From Chiloscyllium plagiosum (lineage: Eukaryota): 64,000 bases of DNA. Made by a program: the position numbers and the translations under genes. The notes beneath the pieces were generated by a model. The model made no database searches. It had not been told where the DNA came from and was given only the letters and a program-made list of their open reading frames with translations. Shown piece after piece: positions 50,445-62,720 of the stretch (positions are counted from its first letter, which is position 1; each line of letters starts with the position of its first letter). The stretch spans positions 1 to 64,000 of the forward strand of contig NW_025215325.1 of NCBI RefSeq assembly GCF_004010195.1, given 5' to 3'.

Positions 50445-52917
50445 TTCATAGGTAGTTGGGATATCATAGCAATTACAGAAACATGGCTCAGGGATGGACA
50501 GGACTGGCAGCTTAATGTCCCAGAATACAAATGCTACAGGAAGGACAGAAAAGGAGGCAAGAGAGGAGGGGGAGTGGTGTTTTTCATTAGGGATAGCATT
50601 ACAGCTGTACTGAGGGAGGATATTCCCGGAAATACATCCAGGGAAGATGGTTGGGTGGAACTGAGAAATAAGAAAGGGATGATCACCTTATTGGGATTGT
50701 ATTATAGNNNNNNNNNNNNNNNNNNNNNNNNNNNNNNNNNNNNNNNNNNNNNNNNNNNNNNNNNNNNNNNNNNNNNNNNNNNNNNNNNNNNNNNNNNNNN
50801 NNNNNNNNNNNNNNNNNNNNNNNNNNNNNNNNNNNNNNNNNNNNNNNNNNNNNNNNNNNNNNNNNNNNNNNNNNNNNNNNNNNNNNNNNNNNNNNNNNNN
50901 NNNNNNNNNNNNNNNNNNNNNNNNNNNNNNNNNNNNNNNNNNNNNNNNNNNNNNNNNNNNNNNNNNNNNNNNNNNNNNNNNNNNNNNNNNNNNNNNNNNN
51001 NNNNNNNNNNNNNNNNNNNNNNNNNNNNNNNNNNNNNNNNNNNNNNNNNNNNNNNNNNNNNNNNNNNNNNNNNNNNNNNNNNNNNNNNNNNNNNNNNNNN
51101 NNNNNNNNNNNNNNNNNNNNNNNNNNNNNNNNNNNNNNNNNNNNNNNNNNNNNNNNNNNNNNNNNNNNNNNNNNNNNNNNNNNNNNNNNNNNNNNNNNNN
51201 NNNNNNNNNNNNNNNNNNNNNNNNNNNNNNNNNNNNNNNNNNNNNNNNNNNNNNNNNNNNNNNNNNNNNNNNNNNNNNNNNNNNNNNNNNNNNNNNNCTG
51301 ATCAGGTGTACCCTAGAACTCTGTGGGAAGCTAGGGAAGTGATTGCTGGGCCTCTTGCTGAGATATTTGTATCATCGATAGTCACAGGTGAGGTGCCAGA
51401 AGACTGGAGGTTGGCTAATATGGTGCTACTGTTTAAGAAGGGTGGTAAGGACAAGCCAGGGAACTATAGACTGGTGAGCCTGACGTCGGTGGTGGGCAAG
51501 TTGTTGGAGGGAATCCTGAGGAACAGGATGTACATGTAATTGGAAAGGCAAGGACTGATTATGGATAGTCAACATGGTTTTGTGCATGGGAAATCATGTC
51601 TCACAAACTTGATTAATGTTTTGAAGAAGTAACAAGGAGGATTAATGAGGGCAGAGCAGTTGTTGTGATCTATATGGACTTTAGTAAGGTGTTCGACAAG
51701 GTTCCCATGGGAGACTGATTAGCAAGGTTAGATCTCAGGGAATACAGTGAGAACTAGCCATTTGGATACAGAACTGGCTCAAAGGTAGAAGACAGAGGGT
51801 GGTGGTGGAGGGTAGTTTTTCAGACTGGATGCCTGTGACCAATGGAGTGCCACAAGGATTGGTGCTGTGTTCTCTACTTTTCATAATTTATATACACCAT
51901 TTGGAAGTGAGCATAAGAGTTATAGTTAGTAAGTTTGCAGATGACACCAATATTGGAGTTGTGGTGGACAGCAAAGAATGTTACCTCAGATTACAACAGG
52001 ATCTGGACCAGATGGGCCAATGGGCTGAGAAGTGGCAGATGGAGTTTAATTTAGATAAATGGGAGGTGCTGCATTTTGGGAAAGCAAATCTAAGCAGGAC
52101 TTGTACACTTAATGATAAGGTTCTAGAGAGTGCTGCTGAGCAAAGAGACCTTGGAGTGAAGGTTCATAACTCCTTGAAAGTGGAGTCGCAGGTAGATAGG
52201 ATAGTGAAGAAGGTTCTGGATTAGTGGTGCTGGAAGAGCACAGCAGTTCAGGCAGCATCCAAGGAGCTTCGAAATCGACGTTTTGGGCAAAAGCCCTTCA
52301 TCAGGAAGGTGTTTGGTATGCTTTCCTTTATTGGTCAGAGTATTGAGTACAGGAGTTGGGAGGTCATGTTGGGAGGACATTGGTTAGGCCACTGTTGGAA
52401 TATTGTAAGCAATTCTGGTCCCCTTCCTATCGGAAGGACATTGTGAAATTTGAAAGGGTTTAGAAAAGATTTACAAGGATGTTGCCAGGGTTGGAGGATT
52501 TGAGCTACAGGGAGAGGCTGAACAGGCTGGGGCTGTTTTCCCTGGAGCATCGGAGGCTGAGGGGTGACCTTACAGAGGTTTACAAAATTATGAGGGGCAT
52601 GGATAGGATAAATAGACAAAGTTTTTTACCTGGGGCCGGGGAGTCCATAACAAGAGGGCATAGGTTTAGGGTGAGAGGGGAAAGATTTAAAAGAGATCAA
52701 AGGGGCAAAGTTTTCATGGGTGGTATGTGTATGGAATGAGCTGCCAGAGGAATGGTGGAGACTGGTACAATTACAACGTAGGCATCTGGATGGGTATATG
52801 AATAGGAAGGGTTTGGAGGGATATGGGCCGTATGCTGGCAGGTGGAACGAGCTCTGGTCAGCATGGACGAGTTGGACCAAAGGGTCTTTTTCTGTGCCGT
52901 CCATCTCTATGACTCTA
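50445..52917 (+). mobile_element. CR1/HER1 LINE ORF2 (APE and RT, N gap) with a Penelope-like insert at 52215-52304
   Basis: WDIIAITETWL, PLAEIF...PEDWRLAN, KFADDT, and a 3' tail ctctatgactct. The insert is flanked by gaaggt. Confidence 0.93.
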
Positions 52918-53479
52918 GTGTAATAGTGTTAGTTATTACATGAGAATGGCTTTCTTGTAAACCCCTAACCCTCATTTTATTAAACCTTACAGATTTTATT
53001 GCATGTGCAATTTTATCTGTGTAAAGCAAAGTTGCCAAAAGCTGTCCATTGCCATTCGTAGAGCTGAATGTTTTTCCATAAGCCTATAAACTGATTAACT
53101 AACTCAGAGGATGGGGGTTGGATAGGGTTAGACTAGGCCTCCAGATGCTGACAACCTCTCAGTGTCCCAGAGTGTGTCAGCATCTGCCCAGCCCCCACCT
53201 CACACTGAGGGGAAACTCTGAGAAGGCAGATTAGAGCTGAAATGACACAAGCATCCCGGGTTGCAGTTGGAAAATTCCAGCAATAACTTCAAAAATCTGA
53301 GTCAAAACCAAAGGAACAACCGCTGCAGCTTTCTTTGCACAGGTTGGTGAACACTTTAGCTTTCTATTCTCCATCCCACCCAAACAAAAGCACTTCTCCA
53401 GTGGTCTGAAGGGTAACTGAGCCTTCGGCCTCTCTTTCATTCAACTTGCCGCCTTCCTAGCCCTTCACGCAGAGGCTAA

Positions 53480-55380
53480 GAGAACGACACAGAGGCAGAC
53501 ACACTGAGACAGACAGAGAGAGAGAGACAGAGAGGCAGACACACTGAGACAGAGAGAGACAGAGACAGAGAGGCAGACACATTGAGACAGAGAGAGAGAC
53601 AGATAGAGAGGCAGGCACACTGAAACAGAGAGAGAGAGAGAGATAGTGAGTCAGACACACTGAGACAGAGAGAGAAAGAGACAGACACAGAGGCAGACAC
53701 ACTGAGACATAGAGAGAGAGAGAGAGAGAGAGACAGAGAGGCAGACACACTGAGACAGAGAGAGAAAGAGACAGACACAGAGACACATTGAGACAGAGAG
53801 AGAGACAGATAGAGAGGCAGGCACACTGAAACAGAGAGAGAGAGAGANNNNNNNNNNNNNNNNNNNNNNNNNNNNNNNNNNNNNNNNNNNNNNNNNNNNN
53901 NNNNNNNNNNNNNNNNNNNNNNNNNNNNNNNNNNNNNNNNNNNNNNNNNNNNNNNNNNNNNNNNNNNNNNNNNNNNNNNNNNNNNNNNNNNNNNNNNNNN
54001 NNNNNNNNNNNNNNNNNNNNNNNNNNNNNNNNNNNNNNNNNNNNNNNNNNNNNNNNNNNNNNNNNNNNNNNNNNNNNNNNNNNNNNNNNNNNNNNNNNNN
54101 NNNNNNNNNNNNNNNNNNNNNNNNNNNNNNNNNNNNNNNNNNNNNNNNNNNNNNNNNNNNNNNNNNNNNNNNNNNNNNNNNNNNNNNNNNNNNNNNNNNN
54201 NNNNNNNNNNNNNNNNNNNNNNNNNNNNNNNNNNNNNNNNNNNNNNNNNNNNNNNNNNNNNNNNNNNNNNNNNNNNNNNNNNNNNNNNNNNNNNNNNNNN
54301 NNNNNNNNNNNNNNNNNNNNNNNNNNNNNNNNNNNNNNNNNNNNNNNNNNNNNNNNNNNNNNNNNNNNNNNNNNNNNNNNNNNNNNNNNNNNNNNNNNNN
54401 NNNNNNNNNNNNNNNNNNNNNNNNNNNNNNNNNNNNNNNNNNNNNNNNNNNNNNNNNNNNNNNNNNNNNNNNNNNNNNNNNNNNNNNNNNNNNNNNNNNN
54501 NNNNNNNNNNNNNNNNNNNNNNNNNNNNNNNNNNNNNNNNNNNNNNNNNNNNNNNNNNNNNNNAGAGAGAGAGAGAGAGAGAGAGTCAGACACAGTTACA
54601 GAGAGACAGCCACAGTTACAAAGAGAGAGCGAGAGAGAGACAGTGAGACAGACATACTCAGAAAGAGAGAGAGAGAGACAGAGAGACAGTGAGACAGACA
54701 CATATAGAGAAGGTCAGAGGTAGACATGCTTAAAGAGAAACAAAAAGAGAGAAAAACACAGTGAAAGAAAGACAGAAAGATAGAAATTTACAGAGACATG
54801 GAAAGACAGAAAAACAGAGACATTTATAAAGTAAGAAATGGAAAGACAGATAGACAATGTGCACACAGAGACAGAGAAACAACGTACACACAGAGACAGA
54901 GATTCAACATACACACAGAGACAGACAACATACAGACAGATAGACAACGTACACACACAGAGAGACAACATACAGAGACAGAGAAAGACAAAAAGACAAA
55001 CAAACTTAGAGAGAGAGAGACTGAAGTAGAGAGAAAGACAAAGTTACAGACAGAAAGAGGAGAAGACACTTACAGACAGATAGGGTAACACATGCGCAAT
55101 TACACTGCCAGAGAGAAAGGAAGACAGACACTTACAGAAAAAGAGAGTGAGGGGCACACTTACAGAGAGACAGACAGACACACATATACAGAAACTGATG
55201 CTCCCTGGCATGCTGTGTTCTTCCAGCCTCCTGCCCGTCTACACGTATAGAGAAAGTCAGACACACACATACTGAGAGAGAAATGCACACTGACAGGGAG
55301 TGATAGAGTCAGACAAGCCAGGACAGAGTCAGACATGACTGAAAGACAAACGGACATAGACAGACAGGGAGACAGGCAGG
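53480..55380. repeat. (GA)/(GACA)-rich low-complexity microsatellite region with N gap
   Basis: Runs of agagag and acagagag. Confidence 0.92.
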
Positions 55381-55407
55381 CTCGCACACACACACGGAAA
55401 TACCGAC

Positions 55408-55482
55408 CAGTACAAAAGAGACAAGCCGTCGAAGTGCTCGGGCTCCGTTTCCTGGGACATTAAGGACATGATGGACTGCTCG
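55408..55482 (-). CDS. STXBP4: Candidate alternative upstream exon A (EQSIMSLMSQETEPEHFDGLSLLYW)
   Basis: TG|gtcggt donor in phase 2, in frame with the 48531 exon (W-T-I-M-G-P). ATG at 55469. Possible acceptor tctctctcag gives 75 nt. Confidence 0.6.
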
Positions 55483-55687
55483 CTGAGAGAGACGCGGCTG
55501 GCGATTGAGAATCCTGGTGATTGCCAGAGTTCCCCGATAGTGGGGACAGCACCGGGGGGGGAGGACAGCAGGAGAGGAAGCGGCGATATGGTGATCACAA
55601 GCTGGGAACTTGGCTGCAGATGGACAGGGAGGCGATCAGTCACTGGGCACTGAGTTTGCTGCTTAGTCTCTCTCCACCCCCCCCCAA

Positions 55688-55808
55688 CCCCAGAGCCCCC
55701 ACTCTCTGAGGGACACAGGGAGGGGGCTCTCTCTCTCCCCCCAGAGTCTCCACTCTCTGAGGGACACAGGGAGGGGGCTCTCTCTCCCCCCAGAACCCCC
55801 ATTCTCTG
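55688..55808. repeat. Short ~50-bp tandem duplication
   Basis: cactctctgagggacacagggagggggctctctctc occurs twice, plus a partial third copy. Confidence 0.8.
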
Positions 55809-56064
55809 TGGTACATTGGGTGAAACGTAAGACCTTGAGATGACTGGTCAATGTTGGTGGGGGAATGCTGAAAAGATGTTTCCCCTCATGGGAGAGGCTA
55901 GCCCAAGGGGCGACAGCTTCAGACTAAGGAATAACCAATTTCGGATGGAGATGAGGAGAATATTTTCTATCAGAGAGTGGAATTCTCATCCCCAGACAGC
56001 TGGTCTTTTTATATGTTTTAAGACTGAGGAAAGCAGATACTTGACTGACACAAAGAGTTAAGGG

Positions 56065-56232
56065 TCAAGAGTGTGGTGCTGTAAAAGCACAACAGGTCAG
56101 GCAGCATCTCAGGAGCAGGAGAAACAGCCCTTCATCAGGAAACATCCTCGGATGCGGCCTGACCTGCTGTGCTTTTCCAGCATCACACTCTTGACTCCGA
56201 TCTCCAGCATCTGCAGTCCTCACTTTCTCCCC
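56065..56232. mobile_element. Fold-back Penelope-derived element (deleted)
   Basis: Inverted arms gtcaagagtgtggtgctg / cagcatcacactcttgac, flanked by repeated agagttaagg. Confidence 0.7.
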
Positions 56233-56465
56233 AGAGAGTTAAGGATATCGCGGAAAACAAGAGAATGGCGACCAGCTATGTATTGTTGTATTGTGGAACA
56301 CACTCAAGGGGCCAAATAGCCTACTCCTGTGTGTATATTCATATGAAGAATACAATTATGTACACTGACACTTGAAGATCTCAAAGAGACAGATCCACAT
56401 TTCTCACAGATACAGAAACAGTCACAGAGAGACAAACAGACAGATAGACGCATAGACACCCTTAC

Positions 56466-56546
56466 CAGTATAACAGGGACAGGCCATCGAAGTGCTCAGG
56501 CTCTGCTTCCTGGGACTGTGGCAGTAAAGACATGACGGACTGCCTG
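56466..56546 (-). CDS. STXBP4: Candidate alternative upstream exon B (RQSVMSLLPQSQEAEPEHFDGLSLLYW)
   Basis: TG|gtaagg donor in phase 2, ATG at 56533. Paralogous to 55408-55482 with only silent changes in the core. Acceptor is weak. Confidence 0.55.
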
Positions 56547-57884
56547 CTGAGATACAGATGCTGCCAGACCTGCTGAATGTTTTCTGTATTTATCTGTTCG
56601 AATAATGTTGGTTGAGGGATAAGTTCAAATGATAAATATTGGCCTGGGGTCAGATCATGCTGCTTTTATTAGGCTCTGTACCTGAAATTTGAAAGGATTT
56701 GAACTGTTTCATATTTAATAATTTGCCAAATCCTTTCCATGAACTCTATATGACTCCAATTGCTGAATCTAATACTTTTCCAGACCCCAGTCTGTCAGTG
56801 TAAAGTGAAGGTAATCTCTCATTTGGGTCCTACATAATAAGTGAGTTTCAGCTCACATCAATCAGTTTTGTGGATTAGAAAATAACAATGTGATTTCCAC
56901 ATGGAGCACATACTGGGAAGGCTGTGTGGCTCTGTACACACTCCTGCCGTCCCACCGTACATAGTGAGTGCTTACAATTGTATACAAGCACAGAACGGGA
57001 CATCCTGAAATGCTCCCCAGCTGATACATTGTGTTTGAGGTGCAATCACTGTCCTGTAAGCAAACAATACATTCTGTGAGAGAACACAATTCAGTCCAGT
57101 CTGACACTCTGTGGACAGGGTGTCACTCCGTAACAGCACTTGTACATTTCAAAGTCGTCTGTATTTATTTGTACTGAATGAGCATCTTCAGGAGCTGGTG
57201 TTCTTCAGGAAAGATAAGGAGTCTGTTTATATATCTTGTCTCCCTGTATAAACTCGCAGTGAAATCCTCACTATGATTCTAATGACTCGATAACCATCCC
57301 TCTTCCTAATGGGAACTCTCTTCAGTCCTTATTGAAAACATGCTTTTGTTTCCTGTGCCTCAATTGCTGCTCTCTGCTTCCAAAATTCTACCATCACTTT
57401 CACCGAACTAAGGATGCCCCTGTTTTAACTTTAAATATCTTTAAATGATCTGAAGTGTCACAGCCCGCAGAAGAAAGTGCTTGTGTTCAAATTCCCCATA
57501 TCCCATGAAAACCTTAAACATCCTGAACAAGACTCAACTCTTCCCACCACCCGCATCGCTGCACTCTGTGAACCCAGGGAAGAAATATCTTATTGAAGCT
57601 GCACAACTTTGGCCTTCCAGTGAAAGCACTGAAATGAAAGAACAATCAAAAATATAAGATGCAGAGGGGAAACAGCAGACTTTAAAGAAGAGAGATTTTA
57701 CACTCCAAAGGCAGGTGGCCTGAAGCAAACATGTCTAGGCCGAACCAGGACAGTAAAACCAATAAAGTACACTGGAAAGACAATAACCATATAAGTCACA
57801 CACATCTGCACACACAATAGTTGTCTTCTTTTACACATTCTTTTAATCGATTGAAACCTACATCCCCATTCTATGTGCTTCAAG

Positions 57885-58520
57885 ACTTAATGGCAATCCA
57901 GGTTTGTTCAATACATTGCATCAGTTGTATGACATTTTGATCTTTTGCTATAAATTCTGTGTCCTATGATTCTACTTCACTAGCTATCTCAAGAAGGAGC
58001 AGCGCTCTGAAAGCTTGTACTTTCAAATAAACCTGTTGGACTATAACCTAGTGTTGTGTGGTTTTTAACTCTACACATTTAGTCAGCTTTGTTAAAAATC
58101 ACACAACACCAGGTTATAGTCCAACAGGTTTAATCGGAAGCACTAGCTTTCAGAGCGCTGCTCCTTCATCAGGTGGTTGTGGAGTACATAATTGTAAGAC
58201 ACAGAATTTATAGCAATAGCTTACTTGTGATGTAACTGAAATTCTACATTGAAAAATACCTTGATTGTTTGTTCAGTCTTTCATCTGTTAGAATGATCAT
58301 GTTAGTTTCACTTCTTTCATATGTAAATCGCAAAATGTTTTTCAAAAGTTACATTCTCAAGTGAACTTTAACACTGTAAACTTTTCCTATAAATTCTGTG
58401 ACTTACAATCGTGTACTCCACAATCACCAGATGAAGGAGCAGCGTTCCGAAAGCTAGTGCTTCCAATTAAACCTGTTGGACTATAACCTGGTGTTGTGTG
58501 ATTTTTAACTTTGTACACCA
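57885..58520. mobile_element. Penelope-derived cluster including a 420-bp element (58091-58509) with ~125-bp inverted arms
   Basis: gttaaaaatcacacaacaccagg... / ...cctggtgttgtgtgatttttaac, with hammerhead-like cores in both arms. Confidence 0.78.
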
Positions 58521-59088
58521 AAGTGTCTCCAAATCAGTCAGTTCCAAATCAGTTCCAAAGAACCTTTATTTATACAGCACATTTAAGACAGTCCAAGGAT
58601 AGCAGAGGTGATGGTACTGGAATATATATCCAGACAGACTCCTGAATGAATGATCCAGAGACATGAGTTTAAATTCCAACGTTGTAGCTCAGACATTAAA
58701 TAAATAAATATGGAATAATCAACCTCATCTCAATAATGACAACCATTAGGTGTTGTACATGGTCTTGTTCATTCATGGCCTTTAATAAGGGAATCTTCTA
58801 ACTTTCCCTTATCCCTACCACAGTGAAGTGGTTGACTCAGTTGTATTCAAGAACGGGACTCATCGCCACCTTCTCAAGGGCCATTGGGGATGTGCAATAA
58901 AAGCAGATCTTGCCGACAACACCCAGACTCTCCCAATGAATTAATCAAACAGGCAACATAGTACTGAATCTCATCAATGACCATGGCAGGGAGTGTAAAG
59001 ACTGGCTTTGTCCCACTATCAATATAGTCTTTGCTTCATCTCTCATGAAAATCCTGAGGTACAGGAGGAAAGTGATCTCAGCACTCAC

Positions 59089-59139
59089 CTTTCTTGAAGC
59101 CTGGCGAGCATCCTCCCCTGGCCAATTAATCCAATGATT
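59089..59139 (-). CDS. STXBP4: Candidate 51-nt upstream exon with in-frame ATG (MLARLQER)
   Basis: Strong acceptor cttgttttctttcatag and consensus donor AAG|gtgagt. ATG at 59111 with A at -3. Phase 2, in frame with the downstream exons. Confidence 0.55.
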
Positions 59140-59409
59140 CTATGAAAGAAAACAAGTTTGAATGTCTCACAATAGAGTGACACTTAAGCTATCACAAGCA
59201 GAATGCAGTCTGGTGCAGGTATTCTGGAATATACCTTTGCACCTTACAATGGACTCTGTATAAACCTGTGCTAAAACTTTCCCTCTGTATGCACTTTCTA
59301 TCAGCTTTTTCCATTATAAATTCCCATGTCCACCTTTACCGTGGAACATCCATAGACAGTCATACAGCTTGGCGACAGAACATTTGGTGCAATTTATCCA
59401 TTCTGACCA

Positions 59410-59922
59410 CAGAGTCACAGAGATGTACAGCATGGAAACAGACCCTTCGGTCCAACCCGTCCACACCGACCAGATATCCCAACCCAATCTAGTTCCACCT
59501 GCCAGCACCAGGCCCATATCCCTCCAAACCCTTCCTATTCATATACCCATCCAAATGCCTCTTAAATGTTGCAATTGTACCAGCCGCCACCACTTCCTCT
59601 GGCAGCTCATTCAAAACATAACTAATTTGCCTGCATTTGGCCCATCTCTCTCTAAACCTTTCCTATTTATGTACCCGTCCGAATGTCTTTTAGATGTTGT
59701 GATTGTACCAGCCTCTACCACTTTCTCTGGCAGCTTATTCCATATACACACCACCCTCTGTGTAAAAAGGTTGCCCCTCAGCTCCCTTTTAAATCTTTCC
59801 CCTCTCACCTTCAGCTTAGGTTTTTGGAGTTTACAAAGGATTTCCTTCTTTGGAAAAAGACTTTGGCTATTCACTTTATGTATGTCTCTCGTGATTCTGT
59901 AAACCTCTATAAGGTCACCCCT
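59410..59922 (-). mobile_element. Two adjacent CR1 3' fragments
   Basis: Reverse complement of the CR1 tail and RGDLIEVYRI...FTQRVVCIWNKLP. Confidence 0.85.
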
Positions 59923-60757
59923 TGTCCTGCTGTAATTGCAATTTCTTGCAAGTAGTGGCACTGTAGTACATGTTTTGAAGTAACCTGCCTTCCAGCCAAA
60001 TGCACTTTCATGCTTTTCTAAATTGCTGCAAATCTTTTCTCTATAAATAACACAATATAACTCCAAAGTATAATTTTAGAGAGGACAGTGTTGACTAATT
60101 TCCTCTCAGTTAGTTTAGGTATTGTGAGGTGACAAAGAACTAAGGTCCATCTAGTTCATCCTTTACCATTCTGCAGTGACGTCAGACAATACTGGGGATT
60201 AAATCTCCAGCCTCAGATCGTGCTTTGGCCAAGGTCCACACTTCAATTGGTGTAGTGTGAGAAAGGATTTCTCGAAGAAAGCAAAGTGAACAGCCATTGT
60301 AGAAGGCTGAAAAGAGGAGTCGAGAGAAAGATAGAGTAGTGGTTTAGGTGACAGAAAGTTTTCATTTTAACAGCTTGTGCATGTTATAGGGAAGTGAAGG
60401 CAAAGAGAGATAGTTCAGATCAGAGGAAACATGCCAGAATATGAATGATGATTTATTGTCATGTGTGCTCTACAATTGTCATCATTGATTTTAAGAATAA
60501 AAAGATAAAGTTGAAAGAACACCATCACATGTTAACAACAATCTTATTTGGGGTGCACTTAAAATAATAACATGCTCCAAGTCACTTCATAGAAATGAAT
60601 CAGATTAAAATTGACACTGAGCCATTAAAAGGAGATATGGGGAAAGTTTGGTCAAATGAGGGATTAAAACAAAGACTTTGTGTTATCCTGTGTGTGATAT
60701 ATTCTATCCAGTGTGTAACACACTTCTGTCCTGTGTGTGACAGTCTATCCTTCACAA

Positions 60758-61061
60758 CACGGGTGGTACAGTGGTTAGCACTGCTGCCTCACAGCACCAG
60801 GGTCCCAAGTTCAATCCCCAGCCTTGGATGACTGTCTGAGTGGAGTTTGCACATTCGCCCTGTGTCTGCGTGGGTTTCCTCCCACAGTCCAAAGATGCAC
60901 AGGTCAGGTGAATTAGCCACTTTAAATTGTCCATAGTGCCCAACAGTGCTAGGTGCATTAGTCAGAGGGAAATGGGTCTTGGTGGGTTACTCTTTCGAGG
61001 GTTAGTGTGGACTTGTTGGGCCAAAGGGCCTGTTTCTGCACTGTAGGGAATCTAATCTAAA
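60758..61061 (+). mobile_element. HE1-like V-SINE
   Basis: gtggtacagtggttagcactgctgcctcacagc...gggaatctaatctaa. Confidence 0.85.
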
Positions 61062-61489
61062 TGTTTTATGCCAAATTGTTCACGAGACTCTTTGGACAAC
61101 ATAACTTTGGTGGGAAGATAAAGGCTAGGTTAGCTTCTGAGTATTAAGTTGGTACTGTGTAAATATATGGACAGTTCTTTATGCTGCTACAAGGCCTGGG
61201 AAATCCTACAGCACAGTGTGGGTTATATTGGAGCAGTACACCAGAGAAAACCAGTTTAAATCCAAACACAGTTCAATTAATTATCTAAATTTAGTAAAAC
61301 AAACGCAGGAAATACAATGACAGTCTCCATAAAGGTGATGACAAAGCTGTTGGATCATAGCAAAAACTCAACTAGTTCACGTGGGAACGAAATCCATTAT
61401 CCTAAATCAATCTGGTCCTATATATGACTCCAGTCCCTCACCAAACTGATTGACACAGAACTGCTCTCAGGCATGGTGAGGCAGTGGGG

Positions 61490-62720
61490 GATCTGATTAA
61501 TCCCAGATGGGCAAGGGGAGATTCGACAAGTTCCTGTTGGGCAATGAGTGACCTAGAAGGTCCCAGTGGGACAATGAGGGGTCCAGGTGGTGCCTGTTGG
61601 GGAATGAGAGATCCATCAGGTCCCAGTTGTGCAATGAGTAATCCAGCAGGTTCCAGTTGGGCAATGAGGGAACCAGGAGGTTGCTGTTGGGCAATGCAGA
61701 CAGACCCTATGAAGGTAATGAAGAATCCAAAAGGTCTAACTTGGACAATCAGAGATCCAAAAGGTTCCAGTTGGTTAATGAGGGATTCAGTAGGTCCCTG
61801 CTGGGGCATGAGTGATCCTGCATGTCCCCGTTGGACAATGAGTGATCCAGGAGGTCCCTGTTGGGGCATGAGTGATCTGGCATGTCCCTGTTGGGCAATG
61901 ACTGATCCAGGAGGTCCCTGTTGGGAAATGAGTGATCCAGCACGTCCTTGTTGGGCAATGAGTGATCCAGGAGGTCCCTGTTGGGCAATACGGGATCCAG
62001 GAGGTCCCTGTTGGACAATGAGTGATCCAGGAGGCCCCTGTTGGGGAATGAGTGATCCAGGAGGTCCCTGTTGGGGAATGAGTGATCCAGGAGGCCCCTG
62101 TTGGGGAATGAGTGATCCAGGAGGCCCCTGTTGGGGAATGAGTGATCCAGGAGGTACCTGTTGGGGAATGAGTGATCCAGGAGGCCCCTGTTGGGGAATG
62201 AGTGATCCAGGAGGTCCCTGTTGGGGAATGAGTGATCCAGGAGGCCCCTGTTGGGGAATGAGTGATCCAGGAGGTCCCTGTTGGACAATGAGTGATCCAG
62301 GAGGTACCTGTTGGACAATGAGTGATCCAGGAGGCCCCTGTTGGACAATGAGTGATCCAGGAGGTCCCTGTTGGACAATGAGTGATCCAGGAGGTACCTG
62401 TTGGACAATGAGTGATCCAGGAGGCCCCTGTTGGACAATGAGTGATCCAGGAGGTCCCTGTTGGACAATGAGTGATCCAGGAGGTCCCTGTTGGGGAATG
62501 AGTGATCCAGGAGGTCTCTGTTGGACAATGAGTGATCCAGGAGGTCCCTGTTGGACAATGAGTGATCCAGGAGGTCCCTGTTGGTCAATGAGTGATCCAG
62601 GAGGTCCCTGTTGGGTAGAGGGATCCCGAAGATTCCAGTTGGTCAATGAAGGGATCCAATAGGCGCCAGTGACCAATGAGAGATACATTAAGACCTCGGA
62701 ATTTGAGGAATCCAGCAGGA
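61490..62720. repeat. 30-bp minisatellite (caatgagtgatccaggaggtccctgttgga)n in the probable first intron
   Basis: Homogeneous core 61800-62610 with degenerate flanks. Confidence 0.95.

Noticed and set aside
50016..51539. 507-aa ORF
   Set aside because: A chimera of flank, Penelope-like fragment and CR1 endonuclease, read through a long N gap.
53457..54701. 414-aa Ser/Leu/Cys ORF
   Set aside because: Microsatellite plus N gap.
61750..62620. Collagen-like GPPG motif
   Set aside because: Gly does not recur every third residue. The period is 10 aa, set by the 30-bp unit.
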